The notes beneath the pieces were generated by a model. That model saw only the letters and a program-made list of their open reading frames with translations. It was not told the origin of the DNA and did not search any database. Of a stretch of DNA of 64,000 nt, positions 1-12,425 are shown piece by piece (within the stretch, counting starts at the first letter, position 1; each line of letters starts with the position of its first letter). Origin of the DNA: Isurus oxyrinchus (lineage: Eukaryota); contig JANJGN010000025.1 in assembly GCA_026770705.1 (NCBI GenBank), positions 10,602,001 through 10,666,000 of the forward strand, written 5' to 3'. A program made the position numbers and the translations under genes.

Positions 1-698
1 TGCACTATTTTTGAAGGAACGCTAAACAAGAATAGTATTTGCCACTAAGTTGAAACTCTGTTTATGTTCATTGGTTCCTTTAAGGTCACAAAATTTAATC
101 ACTGTAAATGAACACAGCTTGCAGTCAATTAGGGGCCTATTGACAGGGAAGTTTTTCTATAGATTGGCTGCAAGTCCCTGGCTCCTTCCGCAAGGTCTGT
201 CCCTTTTTCAGTGCAACACAGAAATTTGTGTCTGTGTGAGAGGCATGTTCAGTGTCATTTATTTTATGTAAAATTTTTGAGATGAATAAGAAGCTTCGGT
301 GCAAGGCTGAAGTCTACAGCAAAGGCCATCAAAGGTTGAAAACAGTAGGGGAGACACTAGATAAATTAAACTAACAAACTTCAACTTTCATAAGCTGATG
401 GAAGATGGAGGGATTCAACGTGTTACACATTTAAAGGTCCTGGGAAAACATGAGTTGTGGAATACTTTCCAGACTTCAAGTTGCAGGGAATAGGAACAGT
501 CTGTTGGGTGGCATTTCTGAAACGCAGCAGGCATATTCCACAGCCACCCTATACAAGCCTCATAGCAGATGTGCTGTCCATCTTGTTCGGGAACAGAACA
601 GTACTACAATTTGCAAAGCCACAGACATTTATGTAGCATATCGGTAGCCTGTAAAAACCGGACAGTGGTGGATGGCAGCCCGTAAGGAATCTCATTAC

Positions 699-1069
699 CT
701 TTTTTCCAGTGTATCCTTAACAACTAAAGCACAAGAACTGTCTGGAGTAATAAGTGGTTAGCACAATTCCTAATCTGATCTCTGGTCCAAAGTGGGTGGG
801 AATAGATCACTCCTGGTGTTGATGCCCATTGTCAGTCCTCTCTATTTCCCAATATTTACCTGGGGCTCAAATGCAGAACCTTCCAGCCAGAGATCTTCCT
901 CTTTACAAGGAGGAGCTGCAGTATTTGTGGGGGAGGGTGTATTCATGAATTTGCCCTTACACCTCATGAGGTCAACAGCAGCAGTTGTTGTTGTGAGAGC
1001 CGTATGCCACTCCATTTTGCTGCAACTGGTTCAGGCTCCACGGGAAGGAACGCCAGAAGAATTAGATTC
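699..1069 (-). other. Leader (5'UTR) exon 2
   Basis: Acceptor cagtttatttttaaag|GAATC at 1069. Candidate donors are AAG|GTAATG at 699 and CAG|GTAAAT at 860. The exon could also run past position 1. Confidence 0.6.
842..1015 (-). CDS. Upstream ORF, 57 aa: MEWHTALTTTTAAVDLMRCKGKFMNTPSPTNTAAPPCKEEDLWLEGSAFEPQVNIGK; PTP4A/PRL-type conserved uORF
   Basis: Translated by hand (too short for the supplied ORF track). Strong Kozak context gcagcaaaATGG, with an in-frame TGA upstream in the same exon. The EW..AAVDL..C...F.NTP..W.EG pattern matches the recalled PRL uORF. Confidence 0.7.
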   Translation of the reverse strand: MEWHTALTTTTAAVDLMRCKGKFMNTPSPTNTAAPPCKEEDLWLEGSAFEPQVNIGK

Positions 1070-2461
1070 CTTTAAAAATAAACTGATGTATTCCCTTATT
1101 ATCGTACTTTTTTGTAAAACATGCAAGAAAACCTGCTATGGCTTTCAAGAGGTTAGTTAGCCATAATACCACTAATTGGTCAATTCTGACTTCAAGAAAG
1201 TGATCTAAAATTTCAGGAGTAATTAATTGGAAGAGAAATACTCAAGTTTTCCGTTTACACATTATTAGCGGTTAGATCACTGAAGTTAAATGAGTAGATT
1301 GGCTGCGGAGCAAGCATTAATCCCACCATCCAGGAACAAGGAAGCTCAGGCTAATTAAATCTCTTGGCAACTGCCTCAGATTTTAATCAACTCTTTGGGG
1401 GCCCTCTTCTAACCCACCACACAAAACCTTTGCACTCTCGCACCAGGCTCACATTAAAACAGCAGGTGCTCCAAAACCCAGGAGCAGTGCTACTTCTCCA
1501 GCGCCTAGGTTCGATGTTTGGCTGTGTTCCACACTGCTGGGGTTCCTACAGTCCTGGCTGTGGCCTTCCATTTGTCACTGCCTTCCCACTTAACAAAAGC
1601 AACTACCATGTGGAAAAGCAAGGCAACAAATAAACTTCTCCAAAATGGCTCAGAGCACTCCAACTATCTTTTCCCAAGTGAGTCACGATAGAAACATCAA
1701 AAAAGACACATAAGGCACGTTTGGTGTAAGGTCTCTAGAATCCTGAGTTCCACTAAATTATCTCTGCCCTTACTACATTACAAGCGACTATGCTTCAAAC
1801 ATATCCTGAGAGATTGTGAAATGCACTATGTAAATCTAAGTGTTTCTTTCTCAGGATGAATGAAACACTTCCACATAAAATAATGTAAAAGTCTCTCCTC
1901 TGTATAAACAACAGATTGTTTGCAGTTTTGGATGTTAACAGCCAACTCAAAATACTCTGTCTTGACGCTGCAATCCACCCTCTGTTCCTAACACGTACAG
2001 TACAACAGGAAGAAATTCAGTGCAGGACTGTTACTGGCAACAGCATATCAAGCTTCGACACAGAACACCATGAAGTGGGAGAGTGCACTCTGTTGCAATC
2101 CAAGACTTCACATATCAAACTGCCAACCTCAATCACACACCAGTGCACGGAAGTGCTGAAGAGAGACAGCTGCCTCACCACAGGGACAGAAGGAGAAAAA
2201 AAAACACACACAGCAAGCACTCAGGCAGAGTCGCTGTGCCGATATGATATACCGGTGACGATATACTGTACAGAAGTGCCACATATTGTATGGCAGAACC
2301 CAGTAAAAACAGCAGCTGACAGAGGAGGCAAAAGTACCAGGGCCATGAAGGAAGTTCAAATTTCTGGAACATGATCAAAAACCAGTTAGAACTGTATTTC
2401 TGGGTATTCTTCAGAGTTCAAATAAATGTACACAGTGTAATAAAGTAACATACCTCCCATT

Positions 2462-2965
2462 ACAACAACCTGTATTTATATAGCACCTTTAACACAAACT
2501 ATGAAGAGACTTCACAGAAGTGCAAATCAGACAAAAATCAACACTGTGACAAAGGAAGAGATGTTAGGAGGGATGGTTAGAAGTTTGATCGAAGAAGTAG
2601 GTTTTAAGGAGCATCTTTAAGAGCAGAAGAATAGTGAAGGGGGTTAGGTTTAGGGAGCGAATTAGAGAGTTTAGGATCTGGATGGTAAAAGGTTTTGGTC
2701 TTCCTGATGTTTAACTAGAGGAAAATTTGGGTCATCAGATATGGATGTCGGATGAGCAGTCTGACAAAGGTGGTATAAGGGTTGAGAGAGGTGGTGAAGA
2801 AGTAGAGCCGGGTATTGTCAGCATACGTGCAGAACCTCACATCAAGTCTTTGGATGGTGTTGCCAAGGGACAGCTTGAAGATGTGAAATAGGAAGGGGCC
2901 AAGGATAGATCCTTAGGGAGGCTCAGAGGAAGGGGTGCAGGAGCAGGAACAAAGGTCACTTTACT
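2462..2965 (-). mobile_element. L2-clade LINE 3' fragment
   Basis: Tail reads acaacaacctgtatttatatagcacctttaac on the + strand and is shared with copies at 18420, 30676, 38290 and 52705. Confidence 0.6.
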
Positions 2966-3227
2966 GCACTGATTCTGACGATACTAGTGACACGCCAGAA
3001 GCGATTCACCTGCCAGGTAAGCAAGGGTCCATACAGCATGAAAAGACCAGCATGAATTGCAAACATGCATGAATGTGGGAAAGGACAGGAAAAGACCCAA
3101 CATTTCACTCAGATAGGTGCAACCTTCATGCTCCAACCACACCACCCATACTTTGGAAAAAAAAATGATCCCCAAAGGCAAGCAAACAAGTCCCAGAAGC
3201 ATACGATAACATAACTGGAGCTATCTT

Positions 3228-3900
3228 GTGCCTAACATGCAGGTACAGCAAGCAATTAAGAAGGCAATTAGCATGTTGGTCTTTATTAAAAGAGGATTTG
3301 AGTATAGGAGTAAAGATATCTTACTGCAATATGTACAGAGCCTTGGTGAGACCGCACCTAGAGCAGCGTGCACAGTTTTGGTTCCTTATCTAAGGAAAGA
3401 TATACTTGCCATAGAGGAAGTGCAACGAAGATTCACCAAACCAATTCCTGGGATGGAGGGATTGTCTTATGAGGAAAAATTAAATAGACTGGGCCTTTTA
3501 TTCTCTGGAGTTTAGAAGAAGTGATCTCATTCAAACTTTCAAAATGTTTACAGGGCTCTACAGGGTAGATGCAGGAAGAATGTGTGCCCTGGCTGGGTGT
3601 CCAGAACCAAAGGACACTGTCTCAGAATAAGGAACAGGCCATATAGGATGGAGATGAGGAAGAATTTCTTCACTCAGAGGCTGATGTACTTTTAGAGTTT
3701 TCTACCTCACAGGGCTGTGGAGGCTCAGTCATGGAGTATGTTCAAGATGATCGATGGATTTCTACACATTAAAAACATTAAGGGATACAGGGATAGTGCA
3801 GGAAAATGGTGTTGAGGTAGGAGATCAGCCATGATCTCATTGAGTGGCTGAGCAAGCTCAAAGGGCTGACTGGCCTACTCCTGCTCCTAATTCTTATGTT
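3228..3900 (+). mobile_element. CR1 LINE 3' fragment
   Basis: ORF2 C-terminal remnant (..RGFEYRSKDILLQ..LRKDILAIEEVQRRFTK.IPGMEGLSYEEKL) and tail ctgctcctaattcttatgtt. Confidence 0.9.
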
Positions 3901-3924
3901 AAGTTCTTTTAAACTTTTTCTGTT

Positions 3925-6060
3925 CATAAGAACAAGAGCATAAGAACTAGGAGCAGGAGTAGGCAATTCAACCCCTCGAGCCTGCCCCGCCATTCAATAC
4001 GATCATGGCTGATCTCATTTCGGCCTCAAATCCAATTTCCTGCCCTCTCCCTATAACCTTTCAACCCGTTACTAATTAAAAATCCGTCTATCTCCTCCTT
4101 ATATTTATTCAGCGTCCTGGCATCCACTGCACTCTGAGGTAGTGAATGCCACAGATTCATGACCCTTTGAGAAAAGTAATTCCTCCTCATCCCTGATTTA
4201 TATCTACCACCCCTTAGCCTAAAACTATGGCCTTTCATTCTAGAATGTCCCACAAGGGGAAACATCTGCTCCACGTCTACTTTGTCTATCCCCTTTAGCA
4301 TCTTATATACCTCAATAAGATCTCCTCTCATCCTTCTAAACTCTAGCAAGTATAGGCTTAAACTGCTCAAACTCTCCTCATAAGACAAGCCCCACATCTC
4401 TGGAATCAATCTAGTGAACTTCCTCTGAACTGCCTCCAATGCAACTACATCCTTCCTCAAGTAAGGGAACTAAAACTGTGCACAGGTGCGGTCTCACCGA
4501 TGCCTTGTACAGTTGCAACAACACTTCCCTATTTTTATACTCTATTCCTTTAGCAATAAGTGCCAAAATTCCATTTGCCTTCCTTATTACTTGCTGTACC
4601 TGTAAACTAGCTTTCAGCGATTCATGCACGAGGACACCCAGATCCCTCTGCACCGAAGCATTCTGAAGTTTCTCTTCATTTAAATAAGAAGTCACCTATT
4701 TATTCTCCTAACCAAAATGGAGAACCTGACACTTATCCACGTTAAACTCCATCTGCCAAATTTTGGCCCATTCACCTAACTTGTCTATATCCATTTGTAA
4801 ATTTCTTATTAATTACAACTTACTTTCCCACCTATTTTGGTGTAATCTGTAAATTTGGCTATGGTACCTTCTATCCCTGAAACCAAGTCATTAATATAGA
4901 TTGTAGATAGTTGGGGCCCAAGGACCGAACCCTGTGGCACTCCACTAATTACAGCTTGCCATCCAGAAAAAGACCCATTTATCCCGACTCTGCTTTTTGT
5001 TGGTTAGCCAATCCTCTATCCAAGCCAATATATTACCCCAAACTCAGTGTGATCTTATCTTGTGTATTAATCTTTTGTGCGGCACCTTATCAAAGGTCTG
5101 CTGGAAGTCCAGTTATACTACATCTACAGGATCCCCATTATCCACTTTGCTTGTCACATTTTCAAAGAACTCTAGCAAATTAGTCAAACACGATTTACTC
5201 TTCATAAAACCACGCTGACTCTGATGGATTGCATTTTGGCTTTCCAAATGCCTCATTACTACTTCCTTAACAATGGATTCCTACAAGTTCCCAGCCACAG
5301 ACGTTAAGCTAACTGGTCTATAGTTTCCTACTTTCTGCCTCCCCCCTTTTTGAATAAGGGCGTTATATTAGCATTTTTCCAACCCACTGGAACCTTTCCA
5401 GAATCCAAGGAATTTTGGAATATTAATACCAATGCATCTACTATCTCCGCAGCTACTTCCTTTAAGACCCTGGAATGTAAGCCATCAGGTCCTGGGGACT
5501 TGTCACCCTTTAATCCCAATAGTTTGCTCAGTACTTTTTCTCTAGTGATGGCGATTGTTCTAAGTTCGTCCTTCTCTATATCCTCTGCTCTACCTGTTAG
5601 TATTGGGGTGGTACTAGTATCCTCCACCATGAAAACTAAGGCAAAATATTGATTAAGCGTACCTGCCATTTCTGCGTTCCCCACTATTAACTCCCCTGTC
5701 TCATCCTCCAAGGGACCAACATTCACTTTAGCTACTCTCTTTCCTTTTATATACTCGTAGAAGCTTATGCTATCAGTTTTTACATTTTGCGCTAGTTTTC
5801 TTTCATAATTTACCTTTGCTCTTTTTATTATTTTTTTTAGTTGATCTTTAAAGGTTTCCCAATCTTCCAGCCTGCCACTGACCTTTGCAATTTGGTATAC
5901 CTTAGTTTTTGCCTTTATGTTATCTTTAACTTCCTTGCTTAGCCATGGATGCTTTTTCCCCCTCTTACCATATTTCTTCCTCTTTGGAGTATATTTTACT
6001 TGGGATGAATTGAATATCTCCTTAAATATCTGCCACTGTTCATCAACTGTCCTACCTTGT
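3925..6060 (-). mobile_element. 5'-truncated, frameshifted CR1 LINE (reverse transcriptase region plus 3' tail)
   Basis: ORFs 5328-5726 (KSPGPDGLH.RVLKE, WKNANITPLFKKG), 4411-4695 and 4026-4460 (LEAVQRKFTRLIP, RRMRGDLIEVYK), plus a CR1 tail. Confidence 0.95.
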
Positions 6061-6879
6061 AGTGTTTCACTTCTGAAGGGTTAAACAATCAAGCAAATTT
6101 ATTTTTAAATCTTAAAAAAACCTCCAGCATTAGAATGTGGTTAACACCAACAAACAACATCCAAGAGTAAATGACAGAGGCCCATGTTTTCCACAGGCCA
6201 ACCAATTTGCTGTCTGACCTAGGTCCTCCTTTGATGACCTGCACACCCAAGACTGCTCAGTATGGCATGGTACTTGTGGAGCGCAACATGACATCAGATG
6301 CAAGGATGTAGATACATCGGAGGTTCAAACCCATGCCAATCAGGAATCGCTAATTATAGCCTTTAAAAAGAAAGTTAAACATTTGCAATCTTCTACCAAA
6401 TTTTTTGGGAAGTATAATTTTCAAGGAACTCCACTCATGCAAGAGCAGTTTACATGTGCCAACACACCCATCTCTAAGCACCCACTAGGCACTTAGAAAG
6501 CTCTTGATCCCCTAAATGTAGGATAGTTGGGTAAGGTGGTCATCTTGGCATTGCACCACTAGGTCATGGACCATACCAGGCTGAGCCTTGACATTAAAAG
6601 TTCTTACCATCTTTAATTAAAGCACGCACACCACGGCACTATTCTTCAGGTATTTTTTTTAAAATGGAAAAAAAGTGGGCAAATTAGGTAAATGAAAATC
6701 CTTTTTGCCAATCACCAGCACAACACACAAGTCCAGTCCATGTCTCTCTGCCACTCCAGGAAGTGGGTGCTCCACTCAGGATTGGCAGAGCCAGCTGATA
6801 CATCATGGAAAACAGGGAGGGACCTGTTCCCCAGATTTATTACCCAGGTCCATAGCGGGTATATAATGCGGTTAAAAAA

Positions 6880-7305
6880 GATTCGCATTTATATAACGCC
6901 TTTCATGAACACAGGGCATTCAAAAACGCTTTGCAGTCAATTAAGCATTTTTTTGACAGTTTAGTCACTGTTGTAATGAATGGAATGGGCAGCTAATTTG
7001 CACACAGCAAGTTCACACAAACAGTAATGTGATAATGGCCAGATAATCTGTTTCTGTGATGTTGATTGCACTGGGGAGAACTCCCCTGCTATTCTTCAAA
7101 ATAATGCCATGGGATCTTTCATCTCCAACTGAGGGGCAGAGTTTCAAGCCTCATCCAAAAGATGGGGTCTCTGATAGTGCAGCACTTCCTCAGTACTGCA
7201 CCGAAGTGCTAGCATTGATTTTTGTACTCAAGTCCTGGAATGGGTCTTGAACTCACAACCTTCCAACTCACAGCCAAGAGTGCTACCAAGTGAGCCATGG
7301 CTGAC
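6880..7305 (-). mobile_element. tRNA-derived DeuSINE-like SINE (SacSINE1-like)
   Basis: tRNA-like head, central domain (aaagatcccatggca..gaagaatagcaggggagtt) and L2-like tail; many homologous copies in this window. Confidence 0.8.
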
Positions 7306-8899
7306 ATGAGCTGGTTCTCCAGCACAGGGCTGTTTAAACCACAGAATGCAACCAGCAGAGGAACACTGACACACCTCCCATTGCCTACACTCCTTGGATA
7401 TAAAAACCTTATTGTTATGCTTCAGTGGGAAAGAATCAGACTTCTCATACCAGCAGAGACACCAGAATTTACCTTACACTACACTTTCAGTCCCAATCTT
7501 CCTTATATTATAAATCCCAAATCTGTCATGATGTGAACTCCTGTCCCTATGGCACTGGAGATATTTTTAAAAGTTAACTCAATGCACTCCAAAGCCAGGA
7601 GGTAATAATTCTACTCCTATGCCATATCTGAAATATTGTGGTCAGCTTACACACCCACCTAAGCCAGCCTCCCTGACTGAACTGAAATATATCCAAGATA
7701 TTTTAAACCCCATTCATGATAACCTTGGAGAACAGCAGCTAGGCACAGGAAAACTCAAACTGTGCTGTGTTCAAAGGGCTGAACATGAAAAAGATAAAGG
7801 CTAACACCTGTTCCTTGAAGAGAAGGGAAAATTCCTTTCATCTGATACACTTGAACTCCACCAAACCTTCAAGACTCCAATGAATTAGTCAGCATTTGTT
7901 TGTTCACCACAACAGTGTTTCCATTCTTTGTAATCAGACTACACCATACAAACTTGCTGAGCAGCTAGTCAATTCCTAGTTGGGCAACTTGAATCTAGCT
8001 AATGTTGCTCAGCCTTGTATTAAAAAGCATTTAAAGTACCTCAATTTGCTCTCATGTTGATGAAATCCACCAGCACCTTGAATTTCATATGTTGTAAATT
8101 ACAGGTGTAACAGTTTTCTCTCCAATACTTTGTCAAATCAGAAATTTGATGAAAATGAAATAATTTCATCACCTCATAGGATTTATTAGAAAGGACTTGC
8201 ATTTATTCACCACACCTGTGAATGATCCTGAAGTGCCTCACACACAGTAAATTACTTTGAAGTGCTTGATCCCAAAGACAGCAAAGCTATTTCTGATGGT
8301 GCTGTTTGGGGGGCGGGAGGGAGGAATGTTGGCGAGGGCACTCCAAGCTCTTCTTTCAGAAAGGCAATGGAATTTTAAAGGCAAACCTCAACCACCTCGA
8401 CACACAAACAGAGCCTGAAAAATAACATCCTGAGGACAACACTGCAGATAATGCAGTCATTGCTTAGTGTTGCATTGGAGGGTCAGCCTAAATTTCCTGC
8501 TCAAATTCTGGAATGCAGCTTGAACCCACAATCCTCTGAGTGCACCCAAGAGACCCAAATTCTGTCAAGCTATGCCAGCATTATTGACTTGTGGTGTTGG
8601 CATCATACCAAATAGCAAAAATATCAGCTTGGCCCAAACAACAGTACTCTGTCCTTGGAGTCTGTAGATTGAGAATTAAAGCCTTATTCTTGGACTTCAG
8701 ACCATAATCTGAAGACCCAATTATGAATATACAGAAAATGGAAAGAAACGAGCCTTGGATATGGAATGGAATCTGGTCCAGCAGAGGTTCAGCCCACCTC
8801 TTTCCCCAGTTTCAATAATTTGAGATATGGATAATCTGTGCTGTCAGGAGACAGGATTGGTACGATAATATTACTCATCAGATCCTTTTTCAGAGCTCC

Positions 8900-8952
8900 C
8901 AATGCAGAGCATGCCCTCAATACAGAGCATGCCCTCAATACAGAGCATGCCT
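8900..8952. repeat. Tandem repeat, three 18-bp units (caatacagagcatgccct)
   Basis: Read directly from the sequence. Confidence 0.9.
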
Positions 8953-11242
8953 ACATTGTGCTCATGTACCTCAGGTTTTGGTCCTGATGGAAATGGGATC
9001 AAATTTTAAGTGCTCTAATGGCAATTGATGGATTGACTGCTTGCTAACAGGCAAGTGTCAACTTCATAAATCAAGCCATTCTGAACACTCCGGCTGGAGA
9101 AGGCTGCTCCAGCCCACGTCCAACAAGGCATCAAATTGCCACTGACAAATCCTTAAGAGGTGGATGCCCAGGGAACACGCAACATGGTGCACGCATCTTA
9201 TCTCTTTATGCAAGTGACCTCAATGCCATGATTTGGAAGAGCCTACTCTGAGGGTGGCTGGTAACTTTCCGCACGCCTGTTCAGTTGCCACATAAATGGC
9301 AGTGGAGCAGACAGCTAGGAATCTCAGGGGCACATGGACTTTCCCATCATACAATTTACTGTCAGCAAGTGCCTGGATCAACAAAAGAAAGTTTTGTCTG
9401 TATGGCTCGAGTATAAAGTGAGCTGTGGTGGCAGGGCAGGGGATTGAAACTCACAAAGGCTCAATTCAAATCAAGAGATATGAAACTTACAGGAGAGAAA
9501 CCACAAGATGGAGAATCCCCAAAAAGAGGGCTAGAGAGAGAATTGCAAATACTGGATATGTACAAGTCAAAAGAAGAAAGGTACACTAATGTTTTGGGTG
9601 TAACCTTATATTAGAACAATGAGCTGCTGTGTCCTGCCAGCATTCTCTATATTTCAGACCCTACAATGTATAACACACACAATTCTGATTCTGTCAGAGA
9701 TGTAATAGCACAAAAGTAATCTGCCATTGGTTTTTGTCCTAGCCTTTGTGTCAACATTTACCATATAAATTGATATGTCAACATTTCTCCTTCAATTTTG
9801 CTACGTCAACTGTCACAATATATTTGCAGGTTTTAATGATAACACTGACCCTTATGAACGAGATTATAGCCACACTGTAAAATAGTTGAGAGGAGAGAAA
9901 TTGCAAGAGTGAGATGTATATCATTTTTTTTCACAATTTCAAATTTTTCTATTTATCTGCTTATGCAAATTCAAATTTGTCATAATAGCAAGATTTTTTC
10001 CCCACTGGCTTTGCCAAATGACAGGAAACTTTAAAAAATAAATTACAACAGGGTTTAATAGCTTTCTATCATTATACAAATGCACGGGACACAGAATCTC
10101 TTAGTAATGAGCAGCTATTATGCAGTCAATGATGTCATCACCATGGACACCTGTCAACAACGCTGCCTAACTTATAAGTCCGTATAGGATGCCATCTGCA
10201 TCCTGCGATTAGCTTCCCAACATATAAATCACTCCCAAACATCATTATTCTATGCGTAAATAGAGCTTGCCAAGGTCTCACTAAAATATGAGCTTTCTTA
10301 GTCATTAATGTACCCCCCTCCCTTAAAAGAAATTCTGCTTTATGGGTGCATTCTGTGCTCAGCGAGCTGAGGGGAGCAGTACAGGCAGATAGTGTGGACA
10401 CATTTGAGGGAGTGAATTATTGAAAGGCTTTCATTGTTGGCTGCAACCAGATGAAACTTATTTTTAGTGTCGTACTTTCTATGTGGGATGTTAGTGTTGG
10501 GAATCTACTTCAGGCACTCAGTATCAACAAAAAAGCACCCCCAAGTCAGGGACAACATGAATTAGACGCAGATTAAAGTTTGTTCTGCCCTGTTCCGCCA
10601 ACGTGCATCAGTCTCAATATCAGAGCAGCACTCCCTATTGCACCACCATTGCTTTCCATTTCACCAAAGCAGAGACTATGCTGCCTCTCAGGATAATTTT
10701 CAATTTTGTAGCTGTATTAGGGGCTGTTTTATATGATAGGCATATGCTGAAGGTGCTGAGCTTCACACAACATTCTTCACAGGATATAATTAACTTCAAG
10801 GTTTTATTTTGAATATTATGCTTTTTGAAGTTTGTGGATCAAACAACAGGGATACGCACATCAACTACATTATCACATTGCACCCAGGAACATATGCAGC
10901 CTCCAGGAAGGAGAGTCAAGATATGACTGATGATGTTCTTAAAAAGGGCATGTTATACCAAAACAATGCATGTGAAAAACAATGAACACGATGGAAGTTA
11001 TAGAACTTTGTAGCAAAATTGATGTGAAGTCTCAAATTTAAGATTCTCAACCTCTTGCTTAAATCCTTCCTTGGCCCAATCCTCTTCACCTCTAACTTTC
11101 TCAAGCTCTGAATTCTCTTCCCCAATCCCTTCCACTTTTCCCCCACCCCTGGGGACTCTCCATTCCTCTGGCTCCAGGCTCTTGTGCATCCCAGCCTGTC
11201 GCTTCAACACCATGGTGGGCAATACTTCTTTTTAAAATTCTC

Positions 11243-11600
11243 AAATCATTCATGGGATGTAGGCATCACTGGCTAGGCCAGCATTTATTGCCCATCCCTA
11301 AATGCCCTCTGACCAAGGGCAATTAAGAGTCAAACACACTGCTGTGGGTCTGGAGTCACATGTAGGCCAGACCAGGTAAGGACAGCAGATTTCCTTCCCT
11401 AAAGGACATCAGTAAACCAGATGGGTTTTTACAACAATCGACAATGGTTTCATGGTCGTCATCAGACTTCTAATTCCAGATTTTTCTTGAATTCAAATTC
11501 CACCATGTACCATGGCAAGATTCAAAGCCAGGTCCCCTGAGCATTACCCTGGGTCTCTGGATTACTAGTCCAGTGACAATACCACTACGCCATCGCCTCC
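11243..11600 (-). mobile_element. tRNA-derived SINE (MetaSINE-like core) inserted in an L2 fragment
   Basis: Core agggaaggaaatctgctgtccttacctggtctggcctacatgtgactccagacc. Tail matches the LINE end at ~23240-23307. L2-like sequence lies on both flanks. Confidence 0.75.
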
Positions 11601-12049
11601 CCAGCAGTCTCACTCCCAGGGCCCTTTCTAAAACCTTCTGCCCCAACCCCTTCTCCTCAAAGCCTCTGACCAAATATTTGGTCACCCCACTGAACCTCTC
11701 CATCTTTGGCTTTTTTTCCCTCTCTCTCTCCTACCTCCAAAGCATCATGGGCCAATTTTAATGCAAGTTACGGTAACGTTCTTTGCACAGTATATATGGT
11801 GCACAAGTGATTGATTCCTCCCTGCAAAAAATTAAAATAATCCTTATTTAAAGACTATTTGCAGAATGAAGGGACCTGGGTATAGCTGCCTGGCTAATAC
11901 ATTTCTGTGAGAAGGGAAGGAAAAGTCTTCACAGGAACAGTTAGGAACAGAAGACCACCTTTGGCCTTACAAATCTATTCTTTTTGTTTGAATTCAACGC
12001 TACTTTCCTCAGAGTCTCCTTCAAATTCTTTATTCCCCTAAGAAACAGG

Positions 12050-12425
12050 TCCCTCAAGCTTACTGAGGTGTATAAAATTATGAGGGTATAGATAGGGTAG
12101 ACAGGAAGGAACTTTTCCCCTTGGTGGAGGGATCAATAACCAGGAGGCATAGATTTAAGGTAAGGGGCAGGAGGTTTAGAGGGGATGTGAGGAAGAATCT
12201 TTTCACCCAGAGGGTGGTGGGAATCTGGAACTCACTGCCTGAAAGGGTGGTAGAGGCAGAAACCCTCATAACATTTAAGAAGTATTTGGATGCGCACTTG
12301 CGATGCCATGGCATACGAGGCTATGGGCTTAGTGCTGGAAAATGAGATTAGGATAATTAGGTACTTGCTTGACCGGCGCAGACTTGATGGGCCAAAGGGC
12401 CTTTTTCTGTGCTGTAGGCCTCTGA
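12050..12425 (+). mobile_element. CR1 LINE 3' fragment
   Basis: RKNLFTQRVVGIWNSLPERVVEAETLITFKKYLD motif and CR1 tail. Confidence 0.9.

Noticed and set aside
649-698. 50-nt intron between the donor at 699 and the acceptor at 648
   Set aside because: This is below the usual vertebrate minimum intron size, so the two sites are unlikely to be used together.
604-1015. Stand-alone 66-aa microprotein gene ending in a PTS1-like CKL, with AATAAA at 258-263
   Set aside because: It needs an unverified 860->648 splice, and the peptide is better explained as a PTP4A-type uORF. A 3-residue PTS1 match is weak evidence.
1916-2374. 152-aa + strand ORF
   Set aside because: Non-ATG start, no recognisable domain, and antisense within the intron.
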